NCBI GenBank assembly: GCA_964513145.1
Contig: CAZELK010000002.1
Span: forward strand, 65,113-129,112
From: Candidatus Woesearchaeota archaeon
GTDB lineage: Archaea > Nanobdellota > Nanobdellia > SCGC-AAA011-G17 > JACPIM01
Direction of reading: 5' to 3'
DNA: 64,000 nucleotides
Part shown: positions 18,797 through 29,195 of the stretch, piece by piece
How positions within the stretch are numbered: position 1 is the first letter of the stretch
Layout of the letters: each line of letters begins with the position of its first letter
Translations under genes and position numbers: made by a program
The notes under the pieces: generated by a model
The model's database searches: none
What the model was told of the DNA's origin: nothing
What the model saw: only the letters and a program-made list of their open reading frames with translations

Positions 18797-20518
18797 TTAA
18801 ATTCCCCATAAAGGTTCTTTCTTCCTTTTGAGTTCTGCAATTTCTTTCAAAAGTTCAATTTCTTCCCTATTTAAATATTTCTTAAGCTGCTTAAGTTTTA
18901 CAAAATCTGCCTCTCTTAAATCAGAAATCAATACATCCCTTTCCTTTATCTGCCTTCCAACAGTTACATTTGGCAGGGCTATGGCAACCTCATTATTTTT
19001 AACAGCAGATTCTACATTTTTACCTTCTAGTTGCATGCTTTTTACTTCAGAAATTTTATCTCCATTTAACTTGATTAAGGGTGTGCTGTTCTTAACTTGC
19101 CCACCCAAAACAATAACACCAACAACAGCAGGGTTTGACTGTCTAAAAATGCAGCCTGGTAATATCTGGATCTTGCAAGGTTTGATTACATTTTCAAGTT
19201 CTTTTTTCTCCTGTTCTTCCAGTTTTGATTTTTTCCAATTTTCATAATCTTCAATTAATTTGTAAATAACATCATGAGTTATTACTTTAACTTCTGCAGT
19301 ATTAAAATTTTTAATATTAAATCCCAAAATAACTTTGTTCAATTCATCTTCATCAGCAAGAGCATCTGAAATGTCTTTTTTAGAAATATTTCCAAGTGAA
19401 GCCTTTTTAATATTAATTTTATTTTGTTTTAGTAAATTGGTTAAAGCTTCCAAAGAACCAAGTGTATCTGCTTTGACAACTATTCCTTGTCTGTCAGTTT
19501 GAATTAAAACCTCTTCAACTTCTTTTTGTGCTTGCTCTTTGGCTTCATCTAAATTTTTGTTTGCAACAATTAAAGGCATTCCAGAAATTACATCCCTTAC
19601 ATTTGAAGCCAAGATTTTTGTTCCTGCTGCAGCAACTACTTCTTTAACTTCATTAAATTTAAATTTTTCATCAGCAATAGACAATGAACGTATTTTTGTC
19701 ACAATAGGTTTGTCAACACCACCAATTACAGCCTGGTCATTTTTCTTCAAAATGCCGTCATAAACAATAGCATAAATAACTGTTCCAGCATTTTCTTCTT
19801 TAACCTCAAGTATTGTTCCCTTTCCAGCAACATCCTTGTGAATTTCAAGATTTTTTTCTAAATATTTTTGAGCTAGACCGCAAAGAACCATTAATAATTC
19901 TGGTATTCCTTCTCCTGTTTTTGCAGAAACAGGAACAATTGAAACAGTTTTTGTATAATCGTCAACTCTGTCAAATCTTTCTGAATTAAATCCTAATTCA
20001 GAAAGTTTTCCAACCAAGGAATAAATTTTAGAGTCTAAAGCCTGCTTAACTCTGTCCTGCTGTAAACTTATGTTTTTAATCAAAAAATTATCTTTTTTCA
20101 GCCATCCTGGAGTAAGGTCTATTTTGTTTGCAGCAATTATAAATGGAGTCTTATATTGTTTCAAAATATTTATGCTTTCAATTGTTTGTTCTTTAATGCT
20201 TTCATTTATGTCTATAACTAAGACAGCTATATCAGCTAAATTTCCTCCTCTTTTTCTAAGGTTGTTAAAAGCAGCATGCCCTGGTGTGTCTAAAAATAAA
20301 ATTCCCGGGATGCTTAATTTAATTTTTAAGGTATCCAACAAAGTGCCGCATAACTGTCTTACAGTTTTAATGCTTAGGTTGGTAAAAGAAATTGCTTGAG
20401 TAATTCCTCCAGCCTCATTTGAAACAATATCAGTGTTCCTAATTTTGTCTAATATAGAGGACTTTCCATGGTCAATATGTCCTACTACTACGCATATTGG
20501 TGATCTGATATTGTTCAT
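18797..20518 (-). CDS. infB: Translation initiation factor aIF5B (IF-2)
   Basis: IRSPICVVVGHIDHGKSS, GGITQ, DTPGH, NKID; start reassigned to MNNIRSP at 20518. Confidence 0.95.
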   Translation of the reverse strand: MNNIRSPICVVVGHIDHGKSSILDKIRNTDIVSNEAGGITQAISFTNLSIKTVRQLCGTLLDTLKIKLSIPGILFLDTPGHAAFNNLRKRGGNLADIAVLVIDINESIKEQTIESINILKQYKTPFIIAANKIDLTPGWLKKDNFLIKNISLQQDRVKQALDSKIYSLVGKLSELGFNSERFDRVDDYTKTVSIVPVSAKTGEGIPELLMVLCGLAQKYLEKNLEIHKDVAGKGTILEVKEENAGTVIYAIVYDGILKKNDQAVIGGVDKPIVTKIRSLSIADEKFKFNEVKEVVAAAGTKILASNVRDVISGMPLIVANKNLDEAKEQAQKEVEEVLIQTDRQGIVVKADTLGSLEALTNLLKQNKINIKKASLGNISKKDISDALADEDELNKVILGFNIKNFNTAEVKVITHDVIYKLIEDYENWKKSKLEEQEKKELENVIKPCKIQILPGCIFRQSNPAVVGVIVLGGQVKNSTPLIKLNGDKISEVKSMQLEGKNVESAVKNNEVAIALPNVTVGRQIKERDVLISDLREADFVKLKQLKKYLNREEIELLKEIAELKRKKEPLWGI

Positions 20519-20731
20519 AAAAATGCTAAGAAAAAGTATACTTTTAAAGGTTTTTATATATTGTAAATTTTTAAATAGGATATAATCTAAATAACAAAGT
20601 TTAATAAAAGCTTTAAATGACAAAATTCATTTAATTGGAAGAAGATGGAAGAACTACCTTATTTAAGTGCTATAGTACATAATTTTGAAAAAGTAAATAA
20701 AAAGAAAGTTAATTGCATATAAACTAGTAAA

Positions 20732-21499
20732 ATGAAAAAAGAATACAAAGCAGAATTTGATCATAGTACAAGAAGAATACACTATATTCAAGCAAATGAA
20801 GAAATGCCGTCAGTAAGGAAATTAGAAATATACTTAATGATGCAAAAGATAGGGGCTGCTCGAGGTGAAACAATCGCAGATTATGGTTCTGGAAAAGGTG
20901 CTCTAACATTCATGTTAGCTAAAAAAGTTGGAAAAAATGGGTATTTAATTGCTTTAGATAACTCAAAGAAAACTTTGGATATTATCAAAGAGAAGAAAAA
21001 ACCAAATATAGAAACAAAGCTCCTAAAAGATGAAACAATCCCATTAAGAGACAACTCTGTTGATAAGCTAGTTTCTTTAGCAAGTTTTCATCATGTATTA
21101 AATAAAGAAAAAGCTTTCAAGGAATTCTATAGAGTAATAAAAAAAGGCGGAAAATTAATAATTGGCGATGTTGCTGATCAAACCAATGTTCAAAGATATT
21201 TTGATGGTCCTGTTAATAGTTTCTGCAGTACTGGGCATAAACATATATTTTTAGATGAAAATAGAGCTAAAGAATTATGTAGATATGCTGGGTTTAGTGA
21301 AATGAAATTTAGTATTGAACAAACTCCATGGGTATTTTGTAATGAAAAAGAAGCAGGAAGATTTTTACATTTAATTCATGATGCTACTTGTACGCCAGAA
21401 GAATGTTTAATGATGGCTAAAGAATATCTGGGTTTTTCACAAAAAAAAGATAAATTCAGCTTAAATTGGCAATTGTTTTACCTTGTAGCTGAAAAATAA
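20732..21499 (+). CDS. Class I SAM-dependent methyltransferase (UbiE-like)
   Basis: ADYGSGKG motif I, SFHH, RVIKKGGKLIIGD. Confidence 0.8.
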   Translation: MKKEYKAEFDHSTRRIHYIQANEEMPSVRKLEIYLMMQKIGAARGETIADYGSGKGALTFMLAKKVGKNGYLIALDNSKKTLDIIKEKKKPNIETKLLKDETIPLRDNSVDKLVSLASFHHVLNKEKAFKEFYRVIKKGGKLIIGDVADQTNVQRYFDGPVNSFCSTGHKHIFLDENRAKELCRYAGFSEMKFSIEQTPWVFCNEKEAGRFLHLIHDATCTPEECLMMAKEYLGFSQKKDKFSLNWQLFYLVAEK

Positions 21500-21588
21500 A
21501 GATAAATCAGATTTGTATTTCCAGATACTACAATTCTAAAAATATATCGAAACGTTTATAAAATAAATAACGGCTGGTTTTTATTGAT

Positions 21589-22668
21589 ATGTTAATTAAA
21601 AAAAATGTAGGTGAAGATAATTGGATCCATATGGTTAGTTATAAAAAAAACGGTAAATGTGAAAGGAAACTAGAACTTGGTATAATTGGTGTAGGAAAAG
21701 TTGGAAGTCTTGTTGTGAATCAATTACTTAAAAAATACCCTGATATTAATATTAATCTTAATTCAAGGGATGACAGATACTTAAGATTGCTTCTGCCAGA
21801 TATGGCTAAAATAGAAATTGACGGCAGGGAAATTCCAACAAATCAGACACTTAGCAGACTAAGGGTTTATGAAACTGTTGATGGAAAAGTGACTGTTGGA
21901 GATTCAAAAAAAAGACTACTAGATTCTGACATAATAATTCTTGCGGCACGTAAATACCGTGAGGCATATTTTAAAGAAAGAAGTGAAGAATATCTTTACA
22001 ATAAGGAGCTTATTGATGATATTGGAAGAAGATTGGAAGGGTTTACAGGAGTTTTAGTTGATTTAACAAACCCATTAGAACTTACATGTGAACGGCTCGC
22101 TCAAATAAGCAAAATACCCAGGGAAAAAATTGTTGGTGTTGCCTATTCTAGTACAATAAGATTTAGAGATGCATTACAGTCAGAAATAAAAAAAAATTCA
22201 GAGTTTAGAAATAAAAAAATAAATTTGGAAAATGCTGTTGTCATAGGAGAACATGGTGCCAATATGGTTCCAATATACCATGGCGTAATAATTGGTGATA
22301 AAAGACTTTCTCAAATACCAAATACTGAAAATATGAGGCGCAGAATACGAAAAGCAGTAAAAAAAGTACCTGCAGAAAGCCAGTCAGGAGATACATCAGC
22401 AAAAAATATTTTTGTTCCATCAATGGCTGTAGTTTATACAATTGAAGCTTTATTAGAAGGGTATCAATTGCCAATGTCATCTTTTGATGGCGATTGCTTT
22501 ATTACAAATAAAACCCGCTCAGTAAGTCTGGAAGGGAAAATTGAAAGAATTGAACCAATAAAGAAATTCTTGGAAAAAGGAAGTATTAGCAATAGTGAAA
22601 GAATTAAATATAAAAAAGCCAAAGAAGAAATCATCAAAAAATTAAAAAAAGTTGGATTGATTAAGTAA
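21589..22668 (+). CDS. Divergent lactate/malate dehydrogenase-fold protein
   Basis: GVGKVG, SDIIILAAR, TNPLE, VIGEHG; the LDSAR motif reads YSSTIR. Confidence 0.7.
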   Translation: MLIKKNVGEDNWIHMVSYKKNGKCERKLELGIIGVGKVGSLVVNQLLKKYPDININLNSRDDRYLRLLLPDMAKIEIDGREIPTNQTLSRLRVYETVDGKVTVGDSKKRLLDSDIIILAARKYREAYFKERSEEYLYNKELIDDIGRRLEGFTGVLVDLTNPLELTCERLAQISKIPREKIVGVAYSSTIRFRDALQSEIKKNSEFRNKKINLENAVVIGEHGANMVPIYHGVIIGDKRLSQIPNTENMRRRIRKAVKKVPAESQSGDTSAKNIFVPSMAVVYTIEALLEGYQLPMSSFDGDCFITNKTRSVSLEGKIERIEPIKKFLEKGSISNSERIKYKKAKEEIIKKLKKVGLIK

Positions 22669-22670
22669 TT

Positions 22671-23435
22671 TTAATTTTTCAATACTTCGTTGGGATCATC
22701 CTTTTGAGAATAAGAAAATAAAATATCAAAATATTTTCTATAAGCATCAGCCATTCTTCTGCTTTCTATTAAAATACTTAGTATTGGTTCAGACCATATC
22801 CAAAAAGCTACCTTGCAATTGTAAATTGTTGTTGTCGCTGGACTATTAATAGCATTAGGTAAATAAGCAGCCTGAGTAAGTGGTAACCTATTAAGAAAAG
22901 CAATTCTCCTCTTTGCATTTTCATCATAAAGATGTTTCTGTTTAAGTTTAAGTGCTATTCTTCGTTTATGATAATGATTCACAAAAGACTTTGTTCTTAT
23001 TGCTGCATCTTTAGGAATTCCAAAAGCCACAACTTCATCAAAAGAATCATCTTGCTCTTTCTCTTTTATTATATCATTTAAAATTGCTTTTATTCCATTT
23101 AGGCCCTCATAGATTGTTACTTTTTCCTTATTTTTATTCAGCTTGCTATTAAGTGCCAGTCTTGGGAGAACTTTTGCAAAAGCAGCTTTTTTTTCTTCTA
23201 AAGAGTCTAAGATTTTAGTCGGGTCTTCAGCTTGAAATAATTTTTGATGTCCTTTGTAAATATAAGAAACTAGCCCCCGCTCTATTAATCTATTTAATGC
23301 TTCGTAAACATTTGTTCTATAAACTTTGCTTTTTTCAGCTATAATTCCTGCAGCACTAGACCCAAGTTGAAGTAAAGTCAAATAAACTTTTGATTCATTT
23401 TTGCTCAAGCCTGTATTTTCTAATTCTTTTTCCAT
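22671..23435 (-). CDS. TrmB-family transcriptional regulator
   Basis: GLSKNESKVYLTLL..G...A..IA..SKVYRTNVYEAL.RL..RGLV wHTH; YEGLNGIK. Confidence 0.85.
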   Translation of the reverse strand: MEKELENTGLSKNESKVYLTLLQLGSSAAGIIAEKSKVYRTNVYEALNRLIERGLVSYIYKGHQKLFQAEDPTKILDSLEEKKAAFAKVLPRLALNSKLNKNKEKVTIYEGLNGIKAILNDIIKEKEQDDSFDEVVAFGIPKDAAIRTKSFVNHYHKRRIALKLKQKHLYDENAKRRIAFLNRLPLTQAAYLPNAINSPATTTIYNCKVAFWIWSEPILSILIESRRMADAYRKYFDILFSYSQKDDPNEVLKN

Positions 23436-23565
23436 AAATTATTAAGAATCAAAATTATTATTTAAATGTGTTGTTTATGATACTGCAACACAGATTTATA
23501 TATAAAATTGAATAATTAGAAGTTACCAGAAAAAATCTGGTGACAAAAGAGGTGCGGGGGTAAAA

Positions 23566-23709
23566 ATGTATTATGAAGAAGATGAATTCTATGAAGAAGA
23601 GGAAGATATATACAAAAAAGCCATGAGAAGCTTAATGCTTGAAGATGATGAAATAGACCCTGAAGAAGAAGGATTTATGTCTGGTTATGAGGGAGACGAA
23701 GATTTATAG
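23566..23709 (+). CDS. Small highly acidic protein (47 aa, not in ORF track)
   Basis: MYYEEDEFYEEEEDIYKKAMRSLMLEDDEIDPEEEGFMSGYEGDEDL; GAGGTG-type RBS upstream. Confidence 0.65.
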   Translation: MYYEEDEFYEEEEDIYKKAMRSLMLEDDEIDPEEEGFMSGYEGDEDL

Positions 23710-23716
23710 GGGAAAT

Positions 23717-23845
23717 ATGAAAAGGAAAAAATGCATACTATGTGGAAATAGTATTTTTAAAAGTGCAGAAACAGACGCATATGTTTGTAGAGATTGTGAA
23801 AAAGAAAATATAGAATCAAGGTACATAAATAATTGGCAGTTATGA
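23717..23845 (+). CDS. Small Zn-ribbon protein (42 aa, not in ORF track)
   Basis: MKRKKCILCG...VCRDC; AGGGG RBS. Confidence 0.6.
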   Translation: MKRKKCILCGNSIFKSAETDAYVCRDCEKENIESRYINNWQL

Positions 23846-24037
23846 TTTCTTAAAAGAAGCTATGATATCAATTAAGTCGACGTGACCCAAGAAAATTGCT
23901 CTGCAGCAATATCTTTTCAAGCCTAAACTGTCCATTATTTTGCCTTTTTCTTCGCCTTTTTTGGATCTTTCTTTAAATTCGTCGAAAGATTGGGCTATTG
24001 GCTTACCACATGAAACACACCTGATCGGAATTATCAT
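23840..24037 (-). CDS. rpoN: RNA polymerase subunit Rpo10 (N)
   Basis: MIIPIRCVSCGK...LKRYCCR; start reassigned to 24037. Confidence 0.95.
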   Translation of the reverse strand: MIIPIRCVSCGKPIAQSFDEFKERSKKGEEKGKIMDSLGLKRYCCRAIFLGHVDLIDIIASFKKS

Positions 24038-24216
24038 AAAACTAAAGTACAAATCCAATTTTTAAAACTTTCGAAAATCTGTTTTACTGTAGTATCATGA
24101 AATATTGGATGTTTAGCTAAGTAAAAATCCCAAATATTCTTTCAATTTCATTAAATGAGTCTTTTATAGTTTAATAATTATATAGTTTTAAAAACCCATA
24201 AAATCTAGTTTAAATT

Positions 24217-25536
24217 ATGATAGAAATAGCAAGCATAGGCGGTTATAATGAAGTAGGCAAAAACATGACTGCAGTTAAGGTAGATGATGAAGTAATAATT
24301 TTAGATGTTGGCTTGTATTTGCCTGCAGTTGTTGGTTTCGAAGATGAACAAAATTTTCTTTCAAGTGATGAAATGATAAAAATTGGGGCAATACCAAATG
24401 ATACAAGCATAAAAGACTGGTGGTCCAAGATAAAAGGTGTGGTAATTAGTCATTGTCATTTGGATCATTCAGGCGCAGTCCCATATTTATGTAATAAATA
24501 TAATGCCCCGATTATAGGGACGCCATTTACAATAGAAGTTTTAAAAAAAATATTGAGAGACAAGGAAGTCAAAGTACAAAATAAATTAATGTCAATACAA
24601 CTGGGGAAGAAGTTTGATATAACAAAAAATATTCAATGTGAATTAGTCAATGTAACTCACTCGACCCTGGAAACTGCAATCGTAGTTCTATTCACAAAAT
24701 ATGGTAATATTGCTTATGCAAATGATTTCAAGTTAGATGAAACTCCGACATTGGGCAAAAAAACAAATTATGAGAGTTTAGGCAATTTAAAAAATACAAA
24801 AGTTCTGATAATGGACTCATTGTATTCTGAATCAAAATCAAAAACTCCCTCTGAAAATGTTGCAAAGGAAATGTTAAAAGATATTCTGTTAAATAAAAAC
24901 CATAAAGGAAACGCAATTATAGTCACAACATTTTCATCGCATCTAGCCAGATTAAAAAGCATAGCCGAATTTGGGAAAAAAATGAATAGAAAAGTTGTTT
25001 TTTTCGGAAGAAGCCTGAATAAATATGTAGAATCTGGAGAAAATTTAAGTCTGGTAAAATATGATGTTGAATCAGTTTTTTGGCCGAGAAAAATAGCAAA
25101 AAAAATAAGGGAAATTGAAAAAGAGGGTCGTGGAAAATACTTGATAGTTTGCACAGGCAACCAGGGCGAACCAAAATCAGTTTTGTCAAAATTAGTTAAT
25201 AAAACATTTAATTTTGAGTTTTTGCCAAATGATGTAGTAATATTTTCATGTCATGTCATACCAACAGAAGTCAGCATAAATAACAGAAGATTAATAGAAG
25301 AAAAATTGGAAAAATATAAAGTAAAAATATATAGGGATATACACCAGTCAGGTCATGGTTCTGGAGAAGACATGAAAACTTTAATAAATCTGTTAAAGCC
25401 CTCACATATAATACCAACTCATGGGGATCATGATAAACTAATCCACCTAAGCAATATAGCAACAGAAATTGGTTATGTTTATGGAAAAACAGTCCATTTG
25501 TTAAATGATGGAGAAAGACTAAAAATAGAAAAATGA
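24217..25536 (+). CDS. rnj: Archaeal ribonuclease J
   Basis: GGYNEVGKNM, SHCHLDH, HSTLE, GNQGEP, HQSGH, PTHG. Confidence 0.9.
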   Translation: MIEIASIGGYNEVGKNMTAVKVDDEVIILDVGLYLPAVVGFEDEQNFLSSDEMIKIGAIPNDTSIKDWWSKIKGVVISHCHLDHSGAVPYLCNKYNAPIIGTPFTIEVLKKILRDKEVKVQNKLMSIQLGKKFDITKNIQCELVNVTHSTLETAIVVLFTKYGNIAYANDFKLDETPTLGKKTNYESLGNLKNTKVLIMDSLYSESKSKTPSENVAKEMLKDILLNKNHKGNAIIVTTFSSHLARLKSIAEFGKKMNRKVVFFGRSLNKYVESGENLSLVKYDVESVFWPRKIAKKIREIEKEGRGKYLIVCTGNQGEPKSVLSKLVNKTFNFEFLPNDVVIFSCHVIPTEVSINNRRLIEEKLEKYKVKIYRDIHQSGHGSGEDMKTLINLLKPSHIIPTHGDHDKLIHLSNIATEIGYVYGKTVHLLNDGERLKIEK

Positions 25537-25847
25537 AAAAACCAGTTAAAGAAGATAAAAAGGAAAAAATAATTGATGTATTAAAAAAAGTAAATGATCC
25601 TGAAATTCATGTTGATGTATGGACTTTGGGATTAATTTATAATATAGAAATAAGTAAGGAAATAGTGGAAATAAGAATGACCTTTACTTCACCAATGTGC
25701 CCTTATGGTCCTTTCTTAGTAGATGATATTAAAAATAAAATAAAGGAAGCAAATAAATGGGTAAAGGAAGTAAAAGTTGAAGTTGTTTTTCAGCCAGTAT
25801 GGCAGCCTTCTGACGAATTAAAAGAAATGCTGGGCATTCCAATATAA
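25533..25847 (+). CDS. DUF59 / SufT-like Fe-S assembly protein
   Basis: V.DPEI..DV..LGLIY, MTFTSPMCP, W.PS. Confidence 0.85.
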   Translation: MKKPVKEDKKEKIIDVLKKVNDPEIHVDVWTLGLIYNIEISKEIVEIRMTFTSPMCPYGPFLVDDIKNKIKEANKWVKEVKVEVVFQPVWQPSDELKEMLGIPI

Positions 25848-25918
25848 AATATACATTATTTAATAATCATTCTTAAAAACTAGTTCATCATTTTTTGTTT
25901 GGGGGTGTAGAAAAGTTA

Positions 25919-25946
25919 TTTTGATTAAACTTTTCCAAAAAGTTTA
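25919..25946 (-). repeat. Dispersed hairpin-tail element, AAACTT type, abutting mre11 start (antisense orientation)
   Basis: TAAACTTTTTGGAAAAGTTTAATCAAAA on minus strand. Confidence 0.8.
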
Positions 25947-25947
25947 G

Positions 25948-27150
25948 ATGAAATTTGCGCATCTCTCTGACTGCCATATCGGCGGCTGGCGTGAGCTGGA
26001 ATTAAGAAACCTGGGTATAGAAAGTCTCAGAAAAGCAGTCGAAATATGTATTGAAGAAAATGTAGGATTTATTCTAATTGCAGGAGACTTATTTGATACT
26101 GCCTTGCCACAGACAGAACTAATAAAAGAAGTAGCCTTAATTCTAAAAAAACTAAATGAGCATGATATTGGTGTTTATGCCATACCAGGAAGTCACGACT
26201 TTTCTCCATCTGGAAAAACAATGATGGATGTTCTTGAAAATGCCGGGTTATTGCATAATGTAGTTAAATTTGATGAAAATGGAAAACTACAATTTACATT
26301 AGACAAAACAAACACAAAAATCACAGGTTTATACGGAAAAAAGTTAGGTTTGGAAAAATTTGATTACGCAAGATTGGATAAATCAAATTTAGAGAAAGAA
26401 AAAGGCTTCAAGATATTTATGTTTCATACAGCACTGGAAGAATTCAAGCCAGCTGAAATGGAGAAAATGGAATCTTATAGTTATAGAGACTTGCCAAAAA
26501 ATTTCAATTATTATGCCGGGGGCCATGTACATTATATTTTTGATATAAAAAAAGAAAATTACGGTTTGATAACATTTCCAGGCCCGATGTTCCCAAATAA
26601 TTTCAAGGAATTGGAAGAGCTAAGTTGCGGCGGGTTCTATATAATAGATCATGATCTAAATTTAAAACATATAAAAGTAAAATTAAAAGAAACTTTAAAC
26701 TTAAAAGTTAATGTAAATAATTTAAGCAGCCAAGAAGCAGAAGAGAAAATAATAAATGAAATAAAGACTAATGATATTAAAGATAAGATTATTCTATTAA
26801 GGGTATTCGGAACTTTAATAACAGGAAAAGTAACAGACATAAATTTTAGGAAAATTACAGTTTTGGCTAAAGAAGCATTTATACTTCTGAAAAATACCCA
26901 TAAATTAACAAGCAAGGAAAATGAAATTTTGGAGAATGAAAACTATAATAGTGTAAAGGAAATTGAAGATTCAATTATAGAAAAAAATCTGCCAGAACTT
27001 GTTCTAAGCAAAAAAGGAAAAGAAAATGATTTTGCTTTAATAAAAGAAATAATGAAGACACTGGATAAAGAAAAAGATGAGGGCGAAAAAAATACAGATT
27101 TCGAAAAAAGAATTATAAAAGACAGTGAGAAAATTCTAGAACTATGTTAA
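25948..27150 (+). CDS. mre11: DNA double-strand break repair nuclease Mre11
   Basis: SDCH, AGDLFD, GSHD, FHT, GGHVH phosphoesterase motifs. Confidence 0.9.
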   Translation: MKFAHLSDCHIGGWRELELRNLGIESLRKAVEICIEENVGFILIAGDLFDTALPQTELIKEVALILKKLNEHDIGVYAIPGSHDFSPSGKTMMDVLENAGLLHNVVKFDENGKLQFTLDKTNTKITGLYGKKLGLEKFDYARLDKSNLEKEKGFKIFMFHTALEEFKPAEMEKMESYSYRDLPKNFNYYAGGHVHYIFDIKKENYGLITFPGPMFPNNFKELEELSCGGFYIIDHDLNLKHIKVKLKETLNLKVNVNNLSSQEAEEKIINEIKTNDIKDKIILLRVFGTLITGKVTDINFRKITVLAKEAFILLKNTHKLTSKENEILENENYNSVKEIEDSIIEKNLPELVLSKKGKENDFALIKEIMKTLDKEKDEGEKNTDFEKRIIKDSEKILELC

Positions 27151-29195
27151 TAAAAAAAGTCAGATTAAATAATATCCGCAGCTATATTAATGATGAAATA
27201 AATCTGGATAAAGGCATAACATTACTGGCTGGGAATATTGGTTCTGGCAAGTCAACTATTTTATTGGCTATAGATTTTGCTTTATTTGGATTAAGAAAGG
27301 GTTATCTAAGCGGAAGTTCTTTGTTAAGAAATGGAGAGCAAAATGGATATGTAGAGTTAACATTTGAAATTGACAGTAAAGAAATTACAATAAGAAGAAC
27401 ACTTAAAAGAACACAAAATTCAATATCCCAGGATTATGGTTATTTAAAAATAAATGAAAATGAAAAAGAATATGCAGCAGTTGAATTAAAACAATTTATC
27501 ATAAATACGCTAAACTATCCAAAAGAATATTTAACAAAATCAAAGTATTTTATTTATAATTACACAATTTATACGCCTCAGGAAGATATGAAACAAATTC
27601 TTCTCGGAGAAAGGGAACACAGATTAGATACAATAAGAAAGGTTTTTGGTATAGACAGATATCAGAGAATAAAAGAAAATTCAAAAATAATAAACGATTT
27701 TCTCAAATCAAAAAAAAGAGAATTATCATTGATAGCTGACAATTACCATAATCAAGTGGAAGAAAAGATCAAAAAAGAAAATAAGCTAACAGAAAATAAG
27801 CAAATTGCAGAAGAATGCAGGATTAAACTGGGATATGTCTTAAAGATTGTTTCGGATAAAAACGAAGAGATAAAGGTTGTTGAAGAGAGCATTAAGGATC
27901 TAAACAATGATAAAAAAGAAGCTGAATTAAAAACTTTGGAGATTAATTATAAAAATAACCAGATTAAAAAGAATGATGCTGAAATAAACAGACTGGAAAA
28001 AGACATTGAGAAATTAATATCCGAAGTAAAAGATGAGATATTAATTGATAATAATATTAAAATAGATAAAGAAAATCAATTCAAAAAATTAAATGATGAG
28101 CTTAATGATCTTAAATCAAAAGAAAAAGTTATTGCTCTAAAAAAGATTTCATCTTCAGAAGTAAAAAAAAGCATAGAAAAGCTCGATATTTGCCCGACAT
28201 GCCTGCAAAAAGTTTCTGAAGAATATAAAGACAACATAATAAGCAAGGAAAATGAAATAAACTACAATCTAGAAAAAGAGAAAGTTGAGATAAATAACAA
28301 AATAGAGCAGATAAATAAGGAAATTTATGCATTAAAAGGAGAAATTGACTTAATAAATAAGAAAGAAGGTTTTATAGAAATATCAAAACTGAAAAAAATA
28401 AATTTAGAAGAAAAGATTAAAAAAACTGAAGATTTAAAGACTAATAATAAAAATTTAAACATAGAAATAATAAAATTAAATGAAATAATAGTCAAAATAC
28501 AGCTAAAAATATCGGGGTTCTTGGATATTGAAAAAATTTATAATAGTTTAAAAGAAGAATTAATTAAAAATCAGTCTGAACAAAGAGATTTTGAAATAAA
28601 GAAAGGAATTATAGAACATGAAATTATTTTAATAAACAAAGACCTGGAAAAAATAAACAAAGAATTAGATTTTATAAAGGAAACAAAAAAGAAGCTGGAA
28701 AAAAATAATTTATTGCAGAATTTTTTTGAAAATAAATTTATAAATATTTTAGAAGCAATAGAGAAAAGAGTTTTAATAAAAATAAAAAATGATTTTGATA
28801 ATTTCTTTCAAAAATGGTTTTATATGCTGGTAGAAAGTGAATCAATAAAAGTTAAATTAGATGAAGAATTCTCGCCGATAATTGAAATTGCCGGGCATGA
28901 AATTGAATATATTAATTTGTCAGGCGGTGAGAAAACAGCAGCAGCTTTAGCTTATAGGCTAGCCTTAAATCAAATAATAAACACATTCGTAAGCGAAATA
29001 AAAACAAAGGATGTCTTGATTTTAGATGAACCAACAGACGGGTTTTCAGCAGAACAATTGGATAGGTTAAGATTTGTTTTAGAAGAATTAAATATCAACC
29101 AAATAATCATAGTTAGTCATGAAAGCAAAATAGAGAGTTTTGTTGACAGGATAATTAAATTGCAAAAATATAATCATATAACCCAGATTATTTAA
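27144..29195 (+). CDS. rad50: Rad50/SbcC SMC-like ATPase
   Basis: GNIGSGKS Walker A, coiled coil with CPTC Zn hook, LSGGE signature, ILDEPT, VSH. Confidence 0.9.
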   Translation: MLIKKVRLNNIRSYINDEINLDKGITLLAGNIGSGKSTILLAIDFALFGLRKGYLSGSSLLRNGEQNGYVELTFEIDSKEITIRRTLKRTQNSISQDYGYLKINENEKEYAAVELKQFIINTLNYPKEYLTKSKYFIYNYTIYTPQEDMKQILLGEREHRLDTIRKVFGIDRYQRIKENSKIINDFLKSKKRELSLIADNYHNQVEEKIKKENKLTENKQIAEECRIKLGYVLKIVSDKNEEIKVVEESIKDLNNDKKEAELKTLEINYKNNQIKKNDAEINRLEKDIEKLISEVKDEILIDNNIKIDKENQFKKLNDELNDLKSKEKVIALKKISSSEVKKSIEKLDICPTCLQKVSEEYKDNIISKENEINYNLEKEKVEINNKIEQINKEIYALKGEIDLINKKEGFIEISKLKKINLEEKIKKTEDLKTNNKNLNIEIIKLNEIIVKIQLKISGFLDIEKIYNSLKEELIKNQSEQRDFEIKKGIIEHEIILINKDLEKINKELDFIKETKKKLEKNNLLQNFFENKFINILEAIEKRVLIKIKNDFDNFFQKWFYMLVESESIKVKLDEEFSPIIEIAGHEIEYINLSGGEKTAAALAYRLALNQIINTFVSEIKTKDVLILDEPTDGFSAEQLDRLRFVLEELNINQIIIVSHESKIESFVDRIIKLQKYNHITQII

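Noticed and set aside
18797-20623. Extended N-termini of track ORFs (infB 20623, surface protein 35985, rpl13 42506, rpoN 24058)
   Set aside because: Family N-termini and RBS positions support downstream starts
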